Shown here in pieces: positions 1-10,538 of a stretch of DNA of 38,906 bases. The stretch is from Candidatus Bathyarchaeia archaeon. Lineage in GTDB: Archaea; Thermoproteota; Bathyarchaeia; Bathyarchaeales; Bathycorpusculaceae. The stretch lies in assembly GCA_038882955.1 (NCBI GenBank), contig JAVZNC010000008.1, positions 1-38,906 on the forward strand, in the 5' to 3' direction. The translations under genes were made by a program, and so were the position numbers. Under the pieces are notes generated by a model. The model was not told the DNA's origin. It saw only the letters and a list, made by a program, of their open reading frames with translations, and made no database searches. How positions within the stretch are numbered: the stretch's first letter is position 1; the number at the start of each line of letters is the position of its first letter.

Positions 1-8
1 ATACATTT

Positions 9-326
9 ATGAAACCCATCGCCATACATTCTTCCGTGGTGCGAATGATGAAAAAAGCGTTAAAATATGAAGAAGATGAAATGGAACCGGAACTTTCAGA
101 AAAAGTAATAGAGAAAATAAGCGTTATACAAGGCTTTAAATTATTGTTTCTAAATGGAAACAAAAGCATTCACCAGGTGGAAGTTAGAAGAATCAACTTT
201 CAAGATTTAATGCGCCATTTGCAACAGGGAGAATCCATTCTGATTACTCCAAAGCTTCAGAAAGACTTTTCAGCAACCATAATGAAGCGCGAGGAACAAG
301 CTCCTTGGTACTTTACGCATCTTTGA
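9..326 (+). CDS. hypothetical protein
   Basis: Open frame with protein-like composition, first of a co-oriented run; true start may be ATG at 44/47. Confidence 0.6.
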   Translation: MKPIAIHSSVVRMMKKALKYEEDEMEPELSEKVIEKISVIQGFKLLFLNGNKSIHQVEVRRINFQDLMRHLQQGESILITPKLQKDFSATIMKREEQAPWYFTHL

Positions 327-715
327 CAGAAACTAAATGTTTGAAGGAAGGTCGAATGAACACCAGTTTAATTTCAAACTTGTTAAATTTTATGAAAACG
401 GAAAAAATCAAAATGAGATTAAAGAAAATTAGTGATTCAGAATTTTGGCTTGAGAGTCCAGAAGGATCTTTAACCACCAAATTCGCCATAGACGATAATG
501 CGCATGAAGTTTTTTACGATGTTTTCTCAACCGAACAAGATGTACATCTGAAAGAGGAAACCATCAAGGATGTGGAAAGAATAGATTTCATTGCAGAAGA
601 ACATAAAGAATGGAAACTTGCTAAGGCTGCCGAAGACATGTGGTTAATCCTAGATAGGGTCAAGCTTTGGGCGCAACAAAACAACTATGAGCTTAAAGAA
701 CACGAGATGATATAG
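305..715 (+). CDS. hypothetical protein
   Basis: 136-aa ORF, charged globular composition; start uncertain (internal ATGs at 356/392/413). Confidence 0.7.
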   Translation: MVLYASLTETKCLKEGRMNTSLISNLLNFMKTEKIKMRLKKISDSEFWLESPEGSLTTKFAIDDNAHEVFYDVFSTEQDVHLKEETIKDVERIDFIAEEHKEWKLAKAAEDMWLILDRVKLWAQQNNYELKEHEMI

Positions 716-740
716 ATTAAGCAAAAGGAGGTGACTTAAA

Positions 741-1256
741 ATGTCAGAAAAAAGCGTATTAGTTGAGATTGACAAGCCTCATTTCACAGTTAGACTTTAT
801 GAGAAAGCGCTCATAATAGACGTAAAGGGAACACTCAAAGACGAAATTGAGGAAGCCCTTGAAAATAAGCCGATTCTTAGAGAGACTTTAGGTCGCATCA
901 TTGGCATATTTGCTCCATTACATATACGTCTGAGCGACATAGGTTCAGTAAGCATGGACAAGATGGGGAGCGTCAAAATACACCTTCCTCATCACAGAGA
1001 CGTAGTCATTTCACTTGAACCAAAAGAAGCAAAAAGACTCGTAAACAAACTGAATGAATTGATTCCAGAGGCAAAAGAGGCTGAGCTAGAACGCATCATG
1101 AGAGAAAACAAACTCCAAAAAATTGCAGAAGAAAAACTTGAATTAGGACATGCTGCTGGTCCCGCTGTTCTGCAGTCCCCTGCACTTGAGACTCCTGAGT
1201 TGTCAGAGGAAGTGGAAAAAGCAGAAGAGAAAGAGGAGCAAAAAGAACAAGACTAA
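741..1256 (+). CDS. hypothetical protein (beta-rich N-terminus, acidic tail)
   Basis: AGGAGGTGA RBS just upstream of ATG; 171 aa. Confidence 0.8.
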   Translation: MSEKSVLVEIDKPHFTVRLYEKALIIDVKGTLKDEIEEALENKPILRETLGRIIGIFAPLHIRLSDIGSVSMDKMGSVKIHLPHHRDVVISLEPKEAKRLVNKLNELIPEAKEAELERIMRENKLQKIAEEKLELGHAAGPAVLQSPALETPELSEEVEKAEEKEEQKEQD

Positions 1257-1337
1257 ACACCAGTGTTTCTAAAGTCGAACGGCGATTTCGATTTGCACTC
1301 ATTAAATTGTTGAGTTGAATAGAAGGAGTGAAATATA

Positions 1338-1613
1338 ATGAATAAAAAGGTAATAATTACACTTGCAGGGATCTTTCTTGCAATAGCTTTAGCACTTCCG
1401 TCATATGCATTAATTGAGACAACAACTGAAGATCTCAGACAATTCACCAAGTTCTTACAAGAAAATCAGCTTCCACTCGATGACACTGATGTTGAACAGC
1501 TCATGTACGGTACAAGAATCAGACATCAAACGCTCTTAACAATACTATTACTACTTGAATTAGTTTTTACAATTCTCTTTGCAATCGCAGTGTGGCTAAG
1601 CTTAAAGCCATAA
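1338..1613 (+). CDS. small membrane protein (two hydrophobic segments)
   Basis: AGGAGTGA RBS; N-terminal signal/TM and C-terminal TM. Confidence 0.75.
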   Translation: MNKKVIITLAGIFLAIALALPSYALIETTTEDLRQFTKFLQENQLPLDDTDVEQLMYGTRIRHQTLLTILLLLELVFTILFAIAVWLSLKP

Positions 1614-1699
1614 TTTTTTATTTGCAATTTTTTGCGGAGTATCTTTGGTCAATAAAACATGCACTATTTGAATTTAGGAAAGATTACGTGCACGCAAAT

Positions 1700-2992
1700 T
1701 TATATTTGTTTAAGGAAACCAATTAGTTTTGGCATGAGTTCAGTGCCACTGTTTAAAATACCCAGGCTTCCCTTTTTACATTCTCTCTCAGAAAATTTTG
1801 AGATGTTGTCGCCTTTGATTTTGTTGCCCGATATAAGTAGGGGAACAGGATCATCGCTATGAGCTTTCAATTTACATGGTGTAGAGTGGTCTGCCGTAGC
1901 GCAAATCACAAAGTTTTCTAGCTTAATTTTTTGTAGTAACTTCGCAAAGAAGTATTTGTCTATAATGGAAATTATGTGTTTTTTAGCGTCAAAATTTCCA
2001 TCATGTCCAGGCTCGTCTGGACCCTTAATGTGTATGTAAAAACAATCATAAGCTGGCAAATGTTCAATTAGTTTCTTAACCCTAATCACGCAGTCCTTCC
2101 TAATATCCCGCGAAGGCGGTGGAAGAATTACAATATCCATGCCTGCCAATTTAGAAATTCCTCTTTCAACAGGCATATCGGTTAAAGAAACAAAACGAAC
2201 TCCATAGTGTTCATTAATGTTAAAGAATTTTGGCAATTTATGACCAGCATCCCGTGTGAGTATAACGTTTGCCTTAAGCTTCCCCTCAGCTTCGCGTTTC
2301 TTGTTGATCTCATGTTTATCTAGAACTCCATGACTTTTTTCGACAAATTCGTTCACAAGGTCTGCGGAAATTTTTGCCTCTTCGCTACCATCTGTAGGCT
2401 CACATTTTTTCAGGAACATGTTAATTTTGGCTTCTGCTATTCCAAGCTCTTTTATCCTTGCGTAGCCTGGGTCAGTATTTGTTATTTTGCTTGAAAGAGA
2501 TTTCTGGCGGCTTCTTATGACTAAAACTCCTCTATAACCAACAGTGTTCTTAAACTCGAAATCCGCAGGATGAGATTCAAGCTTCACATTTTCATTAATA
2601 GCTTCACACAACATCGTAGCCTCTTTAGTGGTTAAGTTTCTTCCTGCACGTCTATCAATGAGCTCACCTTTTTCGCCTAAGGTTGCAAAGTTGCATCTTA
2701 AAGCAAGATTACCATCTTTCACTTCAATGCCAGCGCCAACAGCTTCAAGGATTCCCCTACCAGTGCCATACTTGAATGGATCATATCCCAAAATTGAAAT
2801 TACCGCTACGTCGCTTTCTGGAGCGATGCCTTTCCTAACAGTGTACATTAACCCCGTTTTTCCATGCGAAGCAAGAAAGTCCATATTAGGCGTGTCTGCG
2901 GCTTCAAGCGGGGTCTTATTGCCTAATTCTTCAATTGGCAAGTCGCCCATCCCGTCAATGACAACGTAAATCAGTTTTAGAATTTTATCCAC
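1700..2992 (-). CDS. apgM: archaeal-type 2,3-bisphosphoglycerate-independent phosphoglycerate mutase (alkaline phosphatase superfamily)
   Basis: IDGMGD..TPLEAA.TPNMD, PESD catalytic Ser, KGPDEPGHDG, TADHSTP, HSDDPVP motifs. Confidence 0.9.
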   Translation of the reverse strand: MDKILKLIYVVIDGMGDLPIEELGNKTPLEAADTPNMDFLASHGKTGLMYTVRKGIAPESDVAVISILGYDPFKYGTGRGILEAVGAGIEVKDGNLALRCNFATLGEKGELIDRRAGRNLTTKEATMLCEAINENVKLESHPADFEFKNTVGYRGVLVIRSRQKSLSSKITNTDPGYARIKELGIAEAKINMFLKKCEPTDGSEEAKISADLVNEFVEKSHGVLDKHEINKKREAEGKLKANVILTRDAGHKLPKFFNINEHYGVRFVSLTDMPVERGISKLAGMDIVILPPPSRDIRKDCVIRVKKLIEHLPAYDCFYIHIKGPDEPGHDGNFDAKKHIISIIDKYFFAKLLQKIKLENFVICATADHSTPCKLKAHSDDPVPLLISGNKIKGDNISKFSERECKKGSLGILNSGTELMPKLIGFLKQI

Positions 2993-3025
2993 CTCTTTTA
3001 TAGCTTGAAAACTGCAATATAGTAG

Positions 3026-3499
3026 CTATTTCACTATTATCACTGGACAATGTGCTTCGTCTGCAACTCTGTCAGCGACGCTTCCTAAGAAAAACTCTTT
3101 AACTCTGCCTAATCCCCTATGCCCCATTACTATGAGGTCAAAGTTTCCTTCTTTGGCAGTTTCAACAATCTTATCTGCCGGTCGACCTTCCTCCAACACA
3201 TTTGAAATTTTTAAGTTAGGCTTCAGATCCTTAGCCCTTTTGAGAGCATTGGACAATATTTTTTCATGAGCGACTTTCACTTCTTTAGTAAACTCGTCCC
3301 AAGTAGCAGGATAAGCAAACGGTTCTCCTGGATACTCGACCATTGGGTAGATGACCCTCGGTACCTGAAAAACATTTATTATCGTGACGGTTGCAGAATA
3401 TTTTTCCGCTAGATCAAGTGCAAAATCCAACGCCTTATCAGCGTGTTCAGAACCATCAATTGCCACCAAAATTTTTTTAATCAAATCCATCCTATCCAT
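3026..3499 (-). CDS. universal stress protein (UspA family)
   Basis: KILVAIDGSEHA..A; DLIVMGHRG..FFLGSVADRV....CPVIIVK. Confidence 0.95.
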   Translation of the reverse strand: MDRMDLIKKILVAIDGSEHADKALDFALDLAEKYSATVTIINVFQVPRVIYPMVEYPGEPFAYPATWDEFTKEVKVAHEKILSNALKRAKDLKPNLKISNVLEEGRPADKIVETAKEGNFDLIVMGHRGLGRVKEFFLGSVADRVADEAHCPVIIVK

Positions 3500-3563
3500 T
3501 CAAGTTTTTCGCTTTTCTAACTCATAGATTTTTCGCATAAGATCAAGACAAGAAGTACGTCCT

Positions 3564-4484
3564 TTACAGCTTTGATTCTTTATACTCCTTTAAAAATCGT
3601 TCAACAGCTTTTCGATTTGGTAAGGCTCTAGCCCCAACTCTTGTTATCTTTAAATTAGCTGTAGCGTTAGCAAACTCAACAGAGTCTTCAAGGCTTTTAC
3701 CCTCCAATTGGGCAGTGATAAATCCGGCCGAAAATGCGTCGCCTGCTCCAGTCGTGTCAACAACCTTAACGGGATAAGCGGGAACGCTAAAACTTTTGGA
3801 GTGATCCATTGCAAATACGCCATTTGGACCCCTTTTAACTATGACTATTTTCGGTCCAGATGAGAGAAGAGTCTTCGCTACTTTTTCAAGTTCAATTAAG
3901 CCTGTAAGCTCTTGAGCTTCCTCTTGATTCAGAAGAATCTGGTCAACGTAACGTAAGAGAGGCAGCAAGCTTTTCAGTCCTATCCTCGACATAAGTCTTC
4001 CAGGATCAAAAGAAACAGTAACATTTGCTTTCTTTGCTATTTTTGCAGCGGCTAAAGCGGTGTCAAATGAAAGCCCAGTGATGTGAACATGTTCACTAGT
4101 TGAAATGTAATCTTTATCCAAATCGGATGGAAATAACTTGTCGCTTGCTCCAGCGTATCCAAACATCATTACTTGTCCCTTCATGTTAATAGCAATCACT
4201 GTTAACCCCGAACTTGTTGCAGTATCAACTTTAACATGAGTTACGTCGACGCCATCATGTTCAAGTTCTTCTAAAAGCACTCGTCCAAACGTGTCAAAAC
4301 CAATGGATCCTATGAAACCGGATTTAACGCCGAGTCGTGATGCGCCCACAGCCACATTTGCAGCAGAACCTCCACCACCTAGGCTTAACTTGTCAGTCTT
4401 TGCTTCCCCATCAGCTACGGGAAATTCGTCCACAAAAATGCGGATATCCATCAAAACATGACCAATAGCAACAAGGTCAGGCAA
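3564..4484 (-). CDS. PfkB/ribokinase-family carbohydrate kinase
   Basis: GGGSAANVA and DTTGAGDAF signatures; start placed at TTG 4484 (track start 4526 overlaps the upstream gene). Confidence 0.92.
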   Translation of the reverse strand: MPDLVAIGHVLMDIRIFVDEFPVADGEAKTDKLSLGGGGSAANVAVGASRLGVKSGFIGSIGFDTFGRVLLEELEHDGVDVTHVKVDTATSSGLTVIAINMKGQVMMFGYAGASDKLFPSDLDKDYISTSEHVHITGLSFDTALAAAKIAKKANVTVSFDPGRLMSRIGLKSLLPLLRYVDQILLNQEEAQELTGLIELEKVAKTLLSSGPKIVIVKRGPNGVFAMDHSKSFSVPAYPVKVVDTTGAGDAFSAGFITAQLEGKSLEDSVEFANATANLKITRVGARALPNRKAVERFLKEYKESKL

Positions 4485-4506
4485 GACAAACACTTCCTTT
4501 CTTACA

Positions 4507-5469
4507 TCATGGTTTATTGCTTGCATTTAGTATTTCTCTGATTTTCTGTTGAGTCTCTTGTGGAGGAGCAATGGTATTGACCAAGTAAATGTTCGTCTGC
4601 TCAAAGTATCTACGGAAGAAATCCTTTCGTAATTCGAGTTTTCTCTGATCTTTCACAAGCTGATGAGGATTGCAGAAGTCATTTGCAATAATATACTCCA
4701 AGGCTTCATTTGCACTCAATTTAGTAACCATCGTTTTGTCTGCGGAGTCTCTCTTCAACAAAATTATATCCATCATCGTAGTTAGAGGTATAACGCCTCC
4801 ACTTCCGACAATCCATCTGACGTTCACCACCGCTCTGCCTTCCTTATCAAAATGCGCCTTATCTACAAGCCGTTCATACTCATTCCAAATTTTCCCAATA
4901 TCTGCCTCAATATAACAATTCTTTTCCGAACCAAACGCAAGCGGTTCTCTACTGGACAACCTCACGAAATACCAATCATCAGAAACAAGCCTCGCATCTT
5001 TAAGACGCAGCAGTCCCCAAGAATGTGTTGTTTTACCAGTTCCCGAAGGTGCTATTAGCGATACGCCATGACCGTGGATATCTATAGCCGCGCCATGAAC
5101 CGAATAAATTCGATGCTCATCTTCCAAAACGTCTCCAGCAACAGCCAAGGCTATACTTTTTATCCATCCATAATAGTCAACATTTACTAGAAAGGCCGTT
5201 TTAGTATAAGGATCGTATTTTACAGTCATCTGTTGGCCGGGCTCTTCAAGAACTATTAATCTTCCATGAGACCTTACATCTTCACTCATTGTGTAGAAAT
5301 TGTCTTCCCATCGGTCTTTGACATACTCTATTTCTGTAAGCAGTTTTATGCAACAACCATATATCTCTGCCTTTGCCGTGTACAAAAATCTCCCTTCATA
5401 TTGTTGATAGAGTTCCTCCTTCTCTTCTGGACTGATTAGTTGAACAGAATACCGTGTTCCAAATTCCAT
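4507..5469 (-). CDS. HPr-kinase/PEP-carboxykinase-like P-loop protein
   Basis: VHGAA..G.GVSLIAPSGTGKTT followed by LVSDDW, the HPrK/PCK-type Walker A plus DD motif. Confidence 0.8.
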   Translation of the reverse strand: MEFGTRYSVQLISPEEKEELYQQYEGRFLYTAKAEIYGCCIKLLTEIEYVKDRWEDNFYTMSEDVRSHGRLIVLEEPGQQMTVKYDPYTKTAFLVNVDYYGWIKSIALAVAGDVLEDEHRIYSVHGAAIDIHGHGVSLIAPSGTGKTTHSWGLLRLKDARLVSDDWYFVRLSSREPLAFGSEKNCYIEADIGKIWNEYERLVDKAHFDKEGRAVVNVRWIVGSGGVIPLTTMMDIILLKRDSADKTMVTKLSANEALEYIIANDFCNPHQLVKDQRKLELRKDFFRRYFEQTNIYLVNTIAPPQETQQKIREILNASNKP

Positions 5470-5591
5470 ACTAAAACCTACCCTTTCATCTTACATTAAA
5501 TTATATGGCTACAAAAAGGTTTGCTGTTCTCCTCGTAGGCTTTGGATAAAAATAATATAGTGCACACGCAATTTAGGATTGGTGGTCGCTG

Positions 5592-6008
5592 ATGGACTGG
5601 TTTGTTTTAGCGATTCTAGATGCATTTTTTGCTGCGCTTGTTGCGATTTTTGCAAAGGTTGGGTTACAAGGCGTTGATTCCAACGTTGCTACTGCAATAA
5701 GAACCATTGTTATGATGGTTTTCACACTAGGCTTCGTAGTAGCCATAGGTAAGGGTCCTCAACTAACGCAACTAACCAGTAAGGATATGCTTTTCATAGT
5801 GCTTTCCGGAATAGCCGGCGCCGTATCTTGGCTGCTCTATTTTGCCGCTTTAAAATTGACTGACGCTTCGAAAGTTGCGCCAATAGACAGAGCAAGCGTA
5901 TTATTCGTGTTAGTCTTATCCGCCCTTATTCTGGGCGAAAAAATAACACTCAAAACGGCAATGGCTGGAGTCCTCATTTTCATTGGGGTTCTATTGCTTG
6001 CAATTTAA
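5592..6008 (+). CDS. EamA/DMT family transporter (single-repeat)
   Basis: AALVAIFAKVGL.GVDSNVATAIRT; ASKVAPID; LILGEKIT. Confidence 0.9.
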   Translation: MDWFVLAILDAFFAALVAIFAKVGLQGVDSNVATAIRTIVMMVFTLGFVVAIGKGPQLTQLTSKDMLFIVLSGIAGAVSWLLYFAALKLTDASKVAPIDRASVLFVLVLSALILGEKITLKTAMAGVLIFIGVLLLAI

Positions 6009-6118
6009 ACGATACGGATGCAGATCCATGTTTCTGTAGCACAGTGTTAATGCCTTTACAGTTCCGCAATCTATAAATTTTAACCACTACAAACACTTAC
6101 TTTTGATGAGTGATTAAT

Positions 6119-6283
6119 ATGCCAGATGTTTCGTTAACTAAGGTTGAGTTCCTGCCAAAACGTGATTTAGATGAATTAGAGAAAAAAATTATTGACGTTC
6201 TAAAAGACTTTGAGAAAAAACATAAAGGAATTTTCACCTACGCTGAAGTAGAAATAATAAAAAAGGGTCAAGGAACAGAATAG
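6119..6283 (+). CDS. small hypothetical protein, 54 aa (MPDVSLTKVEFLPKRDLDELEKKIIDVLKDFEKKHKGIFTYAEVEIIKKGQGTE)
   Basis: Below the track cut-off; TATA-like CTATAAA at ~6071 and GAGTGA RBS upstream; amphipathic helix flanked by beta strands. Confidence 0.65.
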   Translation: MPDVSLTKVEFLPKRDLDELEKKIIDVLKDFEKKHKGIFTYAEVEIIKKGQGTE

Positions 6284-6322
6284 ATTGTTCATTTAATAAG
6301 AGACATTTGTGAACTAGGGGCG

Positions 6323-7756
6323 CTAAGCCTGTTTAATCATTGCTCTAGCAATAAGCTTTCTTCCCTCTTCCAGCATTTCCTTTAACTTCTCCTTGGTAGT
6401 TGACTCTCCGTATATCCTTAAAAGGGGTTCTGTACCAGAAGGGCGAATAAGCAACCATCCATCATCTTTCAGCAGAAACTTTAATCCATCCATTCTATTA
6501 ACATTTGATATTTCTATGCCAGCGATTCTATTTGGAACGTTTGATGAAAGCTTTTCCATAACTGTCTGTTTTAGTTCATCCGGACACGATACATCGCCTC
6601 GCCCATTAAACAATATTCCATACTCCTTTTCTAAATCCTTAAGCAGTTCAGACAAACGCTTTCCCGTTTTAGCCACCATTTCCGCTATCTTAACTCCTGT
6701 GAAAATGCCATCCTTGTCAGGAATATGTCCTTTAAAACTTACGCCGCCGCTTTCTTCCCCTCCTAAAATCACATCTCTCTCACGCAAATACTGTCCCACA
6801 TATTTGAACCCCACAGGCACCTCATACACGGGGAGCCCATGCTTTTCAGCTATTCTGTCGAGAAGATGAGTTGTAGCTACAGTCCGTACAACACCTCCCA
6901 ACTTTCCGCTTTTGATAGTGTAGTCAAACAGTAGCGGAAGAAGCTGATCTGCAGCAAAAAAGGCGCCATTATTATCATATACTGCTAGACGATCAGCATC
7001 GCCGTCGGTTGCCAACCCTAGGTCTGCCCTAAGGCTGATGACCCTATTTTTAAGATCTGTTAGAAACTCTGGAAGTGGTTCAGGACGCCCTCCACCAAAG
7101 TTGGAATCAACTTCATTATGAATAACTACAACTTTGCAGCCAAGACTTCGCAAAATACGATCCAAATAGCCCCTCGCAGTTCCATACATTGCATCAAAAA
7201 CCACTTTAAGCCTCTTCTTTCTGAAAGCTTCTAAATCTAACTGTTTTTTAACAAATCCTATGTAAGGCGCTGTCGGATCAATCCAATTTAATAAACCGCG
7301 TTGCATCCCAGTTCTGATTGAGATTTCCTTTATTTTACGTTCCATAAAAATTCTGCTAACGTTATTGGTTATCTCTTCAGTAGTTTCCGGCAATGCGGGA
7401 CCTGCATATTCTGGAATGTATTTAATACCATTCCATTCTGGCGGGTTATGCGAGGCTGTAATCATCACTGCGCCAGCAGCTTTCCTGTGTAAAACTTCAA
7501 AGGCTGCGACGGGAGTAGGCACATCTCTTTTTGTAACGTATGTTGGGATATCATTGCCTAACATTATTTCGCATACGCTTTCTGCAAAGCGGCGTGACCA
7601 TTTGCGTGTATCATATCCGACCACAATGCCTCTTTCTTTTAATCCGTGAGATTGAATATAGCCAGCTATACCTTGAGCCACGACTTTTACATTTTCAAAA
7701 GTAAACTCTCTACCTATGACGCCGCGCCAACCGTCTGTGCCAAAACTAATCTTCAC
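6323..7756 (-). CDS. phosphoglucomutase/phosphomannomutase family protein
   Basis: FGTDGWRG, ITASHNP (phospho-Ser), TDGDADR, GEESGG, RPSGTEP. Confidence 0.95.
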   Translation of the reverse strand: MKISFGTDGWRGVIGREFTFENVKVVAQGIAGYIQSHGLKERGIVVGYDTRKWSRRFAESVCEIMLGNDIPTYVTKRDVPTPVAAFEVLHRKAAGAVMITASHNPPEWNGIKYIPEYAGPALPETTEEITNNVSRIFMERKIKEISIRTGMQRGLLNWIDPTAPYIGFVKKQLDLEAFRKKRLKVVFDAMYGTARGYLDRILRSLGCKVVVIHNEVDSNFGGGRPEPLPEFLTDLKNRVISLRADLGLATDGDADRLAVYDNNGAFFAADQLLPLLFDYTIKSGKLGGVVRTVATTHLLDRIAEKHGLPVYEVPVGFKYVGQYLRERDVILGGEESGGVSFKGHIPDKDGIFTGVKIAEMVAKTGKRLSELLKDLEKEYGILFNGRGDVSCPDELKQTVMEKLSSNVPNRIAGIEISNVNRMDGLKFLLKDDGWLLIRPSGTEPLLRIYGESTTKEKLKEMLEEGRKLIARAMIKQA

Positions 7757-7949
7757 TATCAGCCCTCAACAGTTATTATGTTAAACTCAAAGCAAAACCT
7801 TTTCCTTAAGCGCAAAATGCAAATACACTCCACATCAACTTTTTATCAGAATAAATTCTGATTTTCTCCACTATACCATAACCAAAGGTAAAGATATAGA
7901 CATCCTTTAATACAAACTTATGAAATTATAATTTGAAGCGAGGAGTAAA

Positions 7950-9188
7950 ATGCGAATTGGGTTCTTTGTTTGGGAATATCCACCGAAGCTTGTAGGCGGT
8001 TTAGGAACATACGCAGAATATATAACTCACGAGTTCGTTGAGTTAGGCCACGATGTAACAGTTTTTACCCTTAATCCTGGAGATTTGAATACGCGGGAGA
8101 TTTTTAAGGGAGTGGAAGTTCACCGGCCACTTATTGCTGATGCAAGCAATGTTTTTCCAATGTTTGTTACGGAGGACTTGCGAAAATGGGGAACAAACAT
8201 CCGCTTCTTTAACGACATCTTCATTTACAACGTTCTAAGTGCAACTAAATTCATTAACGGACTAATCAGAAAGGAAGGTTATAAATTTGACATTGTTTGT
8301 GTGCACGACTGGTTGAGCAGCATAGCTGGCTTAATAGTCAAGAACGAAACCAAAATCCCGGCTGTTTTTCACGTTCACAGCACTGAATGGGGAAGAAGCG
8401 GCGGGCAAGGCTCAGAGGTTGTTTCACATCTTGAATGGGCAACTGCCCAAGCGGCTGACAAGATAATAACCGTCAGTCATGCGATGAAGGACGACCTTGC
8501 ACGTCACGGTTGGCCTCAGCAAAAGATAAGCGTTGTATGGAATGGTGTAGACCCTATACGCTATAATCCACAGAACTGCAAACCTGAAGATGTTGAGAAG
8601 ATCCGAGAAAAGTACGGAATTCCAGATGATTGGAAAATGCTCCTCTTCCTTGGAAGATTAACTTGGGTGAAAGGCGTTAAAAACTTGATACAAGCAATGC
8701 CCATAGTTTTGAGAGATTATCAGCATACGAAACTGGTGATTTTGGGCAAAGGTGAAGAAGAAAGGGATATAACGGAAACGGCAACTAGACTTGGAATAAA
8801 AGATAACCTTTTTTGTCGTTTTGACTTTGTCCCAGAAGAGGAACGAATTCTACACTATGCCGCTGCAGACGCGTGCGTCTTCCCGTCAATATACGAACCT
8901 TTCGGCATAGTAAGCTTAGAAGCGATGGCGATGGCAAAACCAGTAGTCGTTGGCGCTCGCGGAGTGGTAGGCTTCAGGGAACAAGTAGTTTCCTCCGGTC
9001 CAGAACAAAATGGTATTCACGTCAACGGCGAAGACCCAGCCGACATAGCATGGGGAATAAAAGAAACCCTTAAAGATTCACAAAATGCCAAAACATGGGG
9101 AGAAAACGGACGAAAAAGAGTCTTACAATACTTCACATGGAGAAAAACAGCAGAACAGACAATAGAAATCTACGAAGCACTTCTCTAG
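7950..9188 (+). CDS. GT4 family glycosyltransferase (glycogen-synthase-like)
   Basis: WEYPP..VGGLG, HDWL, GRL..VKG, PSIYEPFGIVSLEAMA. Confidence 0.92.
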   Translation: MRIGFFVWEYPPKLVGGLGTYAEYITHEFVELGHDVTVFTLNPGDLNTREIFKGVEVHRPLIADASNVFPMFVTEDLRKWGTNIRFFNDIFIYNVLSATKFINGLIRKEGYKFDIVCVHDWLSSIAGLIVKNETKIPAVFHVHSTEWGRSGGQGSEVVSHLEWATAQAADKIITVSHAMKDDLARHGWPQQKISVVWNGVDPIRYNPQNCKPEDVEKIREKYGIPDDWKMLLFLGRLTWVKGVKNLIQAMPIVLRDYQHTKLVILGKGEEERDITETATRLGIKDNLFCRFDFVPEEERILHYAAADACVFPSIYEPFGIVSLEAMAMAKPVVVGARGVVGFREQVVSSGPEQNGIHVNGEDPADIAWGIKETLKDSQNAKTWGENGRKRVLQYFTWRKTAEQTIEIYEALL

Positions 9189-9269
9189 GGGTAATCATCT
9201 GACCAAAGCGACGGCCGATTTAATATTATGCTGAAAGTTTAGAACTTAATTTCTGAGGCAATATTTTTC

Positions 9270-10538
9270 TTAGCTGTTACATTCAGAGACATTAACAGAA
9301 GGCTTAAAAAGTTTAAATTGTTCTGGTACGTTCCTTTTTGGTTTTCTTCTGCATTTTAGGACTGAGACGGATGTTATGATGTTGGTTATTATTATTAAAT
9401 TTGTGATAATAACCGTATAAAGGTTTGAGTTGGGCAAGTTATATTGTAGGGGCATTAGGCTAAGTAAGGCGGGGGTTAATCCAAGCGCGCACATGCCCGT
9501 TATTATCTTTCTGTCAGAGAACATGGGGCTTTTCCATGTTGATATTGAAGCAACTAGATAGCGTATAGTCAAGAGAATGCCAATAATAGGCAAATCGTAA
9601 GTTAATGCTGTAAAGAGGTTCAACTGTGAAATTTCAAACATTAAACCTAACAACACGAAAAAGAATGTCCTAAAAATAAAGGAAATTTCGGCTTGGAAAC
9701 GCTCCAAATACCTCTTAACTTCAGAAAAAGTTGCAGGAGGCGGACTTATTCTAAGTATTCTGAGAATTTCCTTATCGTTACCTAAGATTATGCCAATGGT
9801 GAGGACTGAGAGGACTCCGCTGCCTCGCGATATTTCCGACATAACATAGCCAAGTAGAATTATTCCAACTGTAGCCATATACGTGAGCTCTTCCTTCTGA
9901 AGACTGAAGAGGATTCGTAAACAAATTAAGCCTACAACTGCTCCTATCACTATTCCCACGGAGAATTTTGCTGCAATGTAGGTTAAAGCTTCTACAAAGT
10001 CTAGAATCCCGCCAAGTCGTGTTTCAAGGAAAGCGGAAAAGAAAACTATGTTGAATATGCTTGTCACTGTTGCTTCAATAGACAATAAAATCGCCGACTC
10101 TGCTTGAAAACCGACCCTCATAGCCAAGGGCACAATAACAACCGCTCCAGTTTGGCTGACTATGGATCCAAGCATGAAGCTGTCAATCCACTCCCAGCCC
10201 ATAACAAAATGGAGGAAGACAGCCGTCCACACCATTCCAGCGGCGAAGTAGGCGCTTGCTTGAAATAAGGCCCGAAAGCTTCCCGATACAACATCAAAAA
10301 AGTTTAATTCCATTCCCCCACGGAAAAGTATCATAAGAAGAGTGAATGTTGAAACAATGGGCAGGAACGGGAGAAAACCGCTTTTGGAAAAAATATTCAA
10401 AACTGGACCTATGATTATGCCGGCTGCGATAAGAAATAGTAGGTCAGGCCAGCCTGTTTTCTTAAAGAAAATGTTTCCTAGAAAACCGATGAAAAGTACG
10501 GCGGCAATTATGGAAAAGAAAAGTAAGGGATCTATCAC
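9270..10538 (-). CDS. cation:proton antiporter (CPA1/NhaP-like)
   Basis: About 12-13 TM; PDLLFLI..GIIIGP, ILFRGG, FFFVLLG. Start placed at GTG 10538 after GGAGG. Confidence 0.85.
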   Translation of the reverse strand: MIDPLLFFSIIAAVLFIGFLGNIFFKKTGWPDLLFLIAAGIIIGPVLNIFSKSGFLPFLPIVSTFTLLMILFRGGMELNFFDVVSGSFRALFQASAYFAAGMVWTAVFLHFVMGWEWIDSFMLGSIVSQTGAVVIVPLAMRVGFQAESAILLSIEATVTSIFNIVFFSAFLETRLGGILDFVEALTYIAAKFSVGIVIGAVVGLICLRILFSLQKEELTYMATVGIILLGYVMSEISRGSGVLSVLTIGIILGNDKEILRILRISPPPATFSEVKRYLERFQAEISFIFRTFFFVLLGLMFEISQLNLFTALTYDLPIIGILLTIRYLVASISTWKSPMFSDRKIITGMCALGLTPALLSLMPLQYNLPNSNLYTVIITNLIIITNIITSVSVLKCRRKPKRNVPEQFKLFKPSVNVSECNS

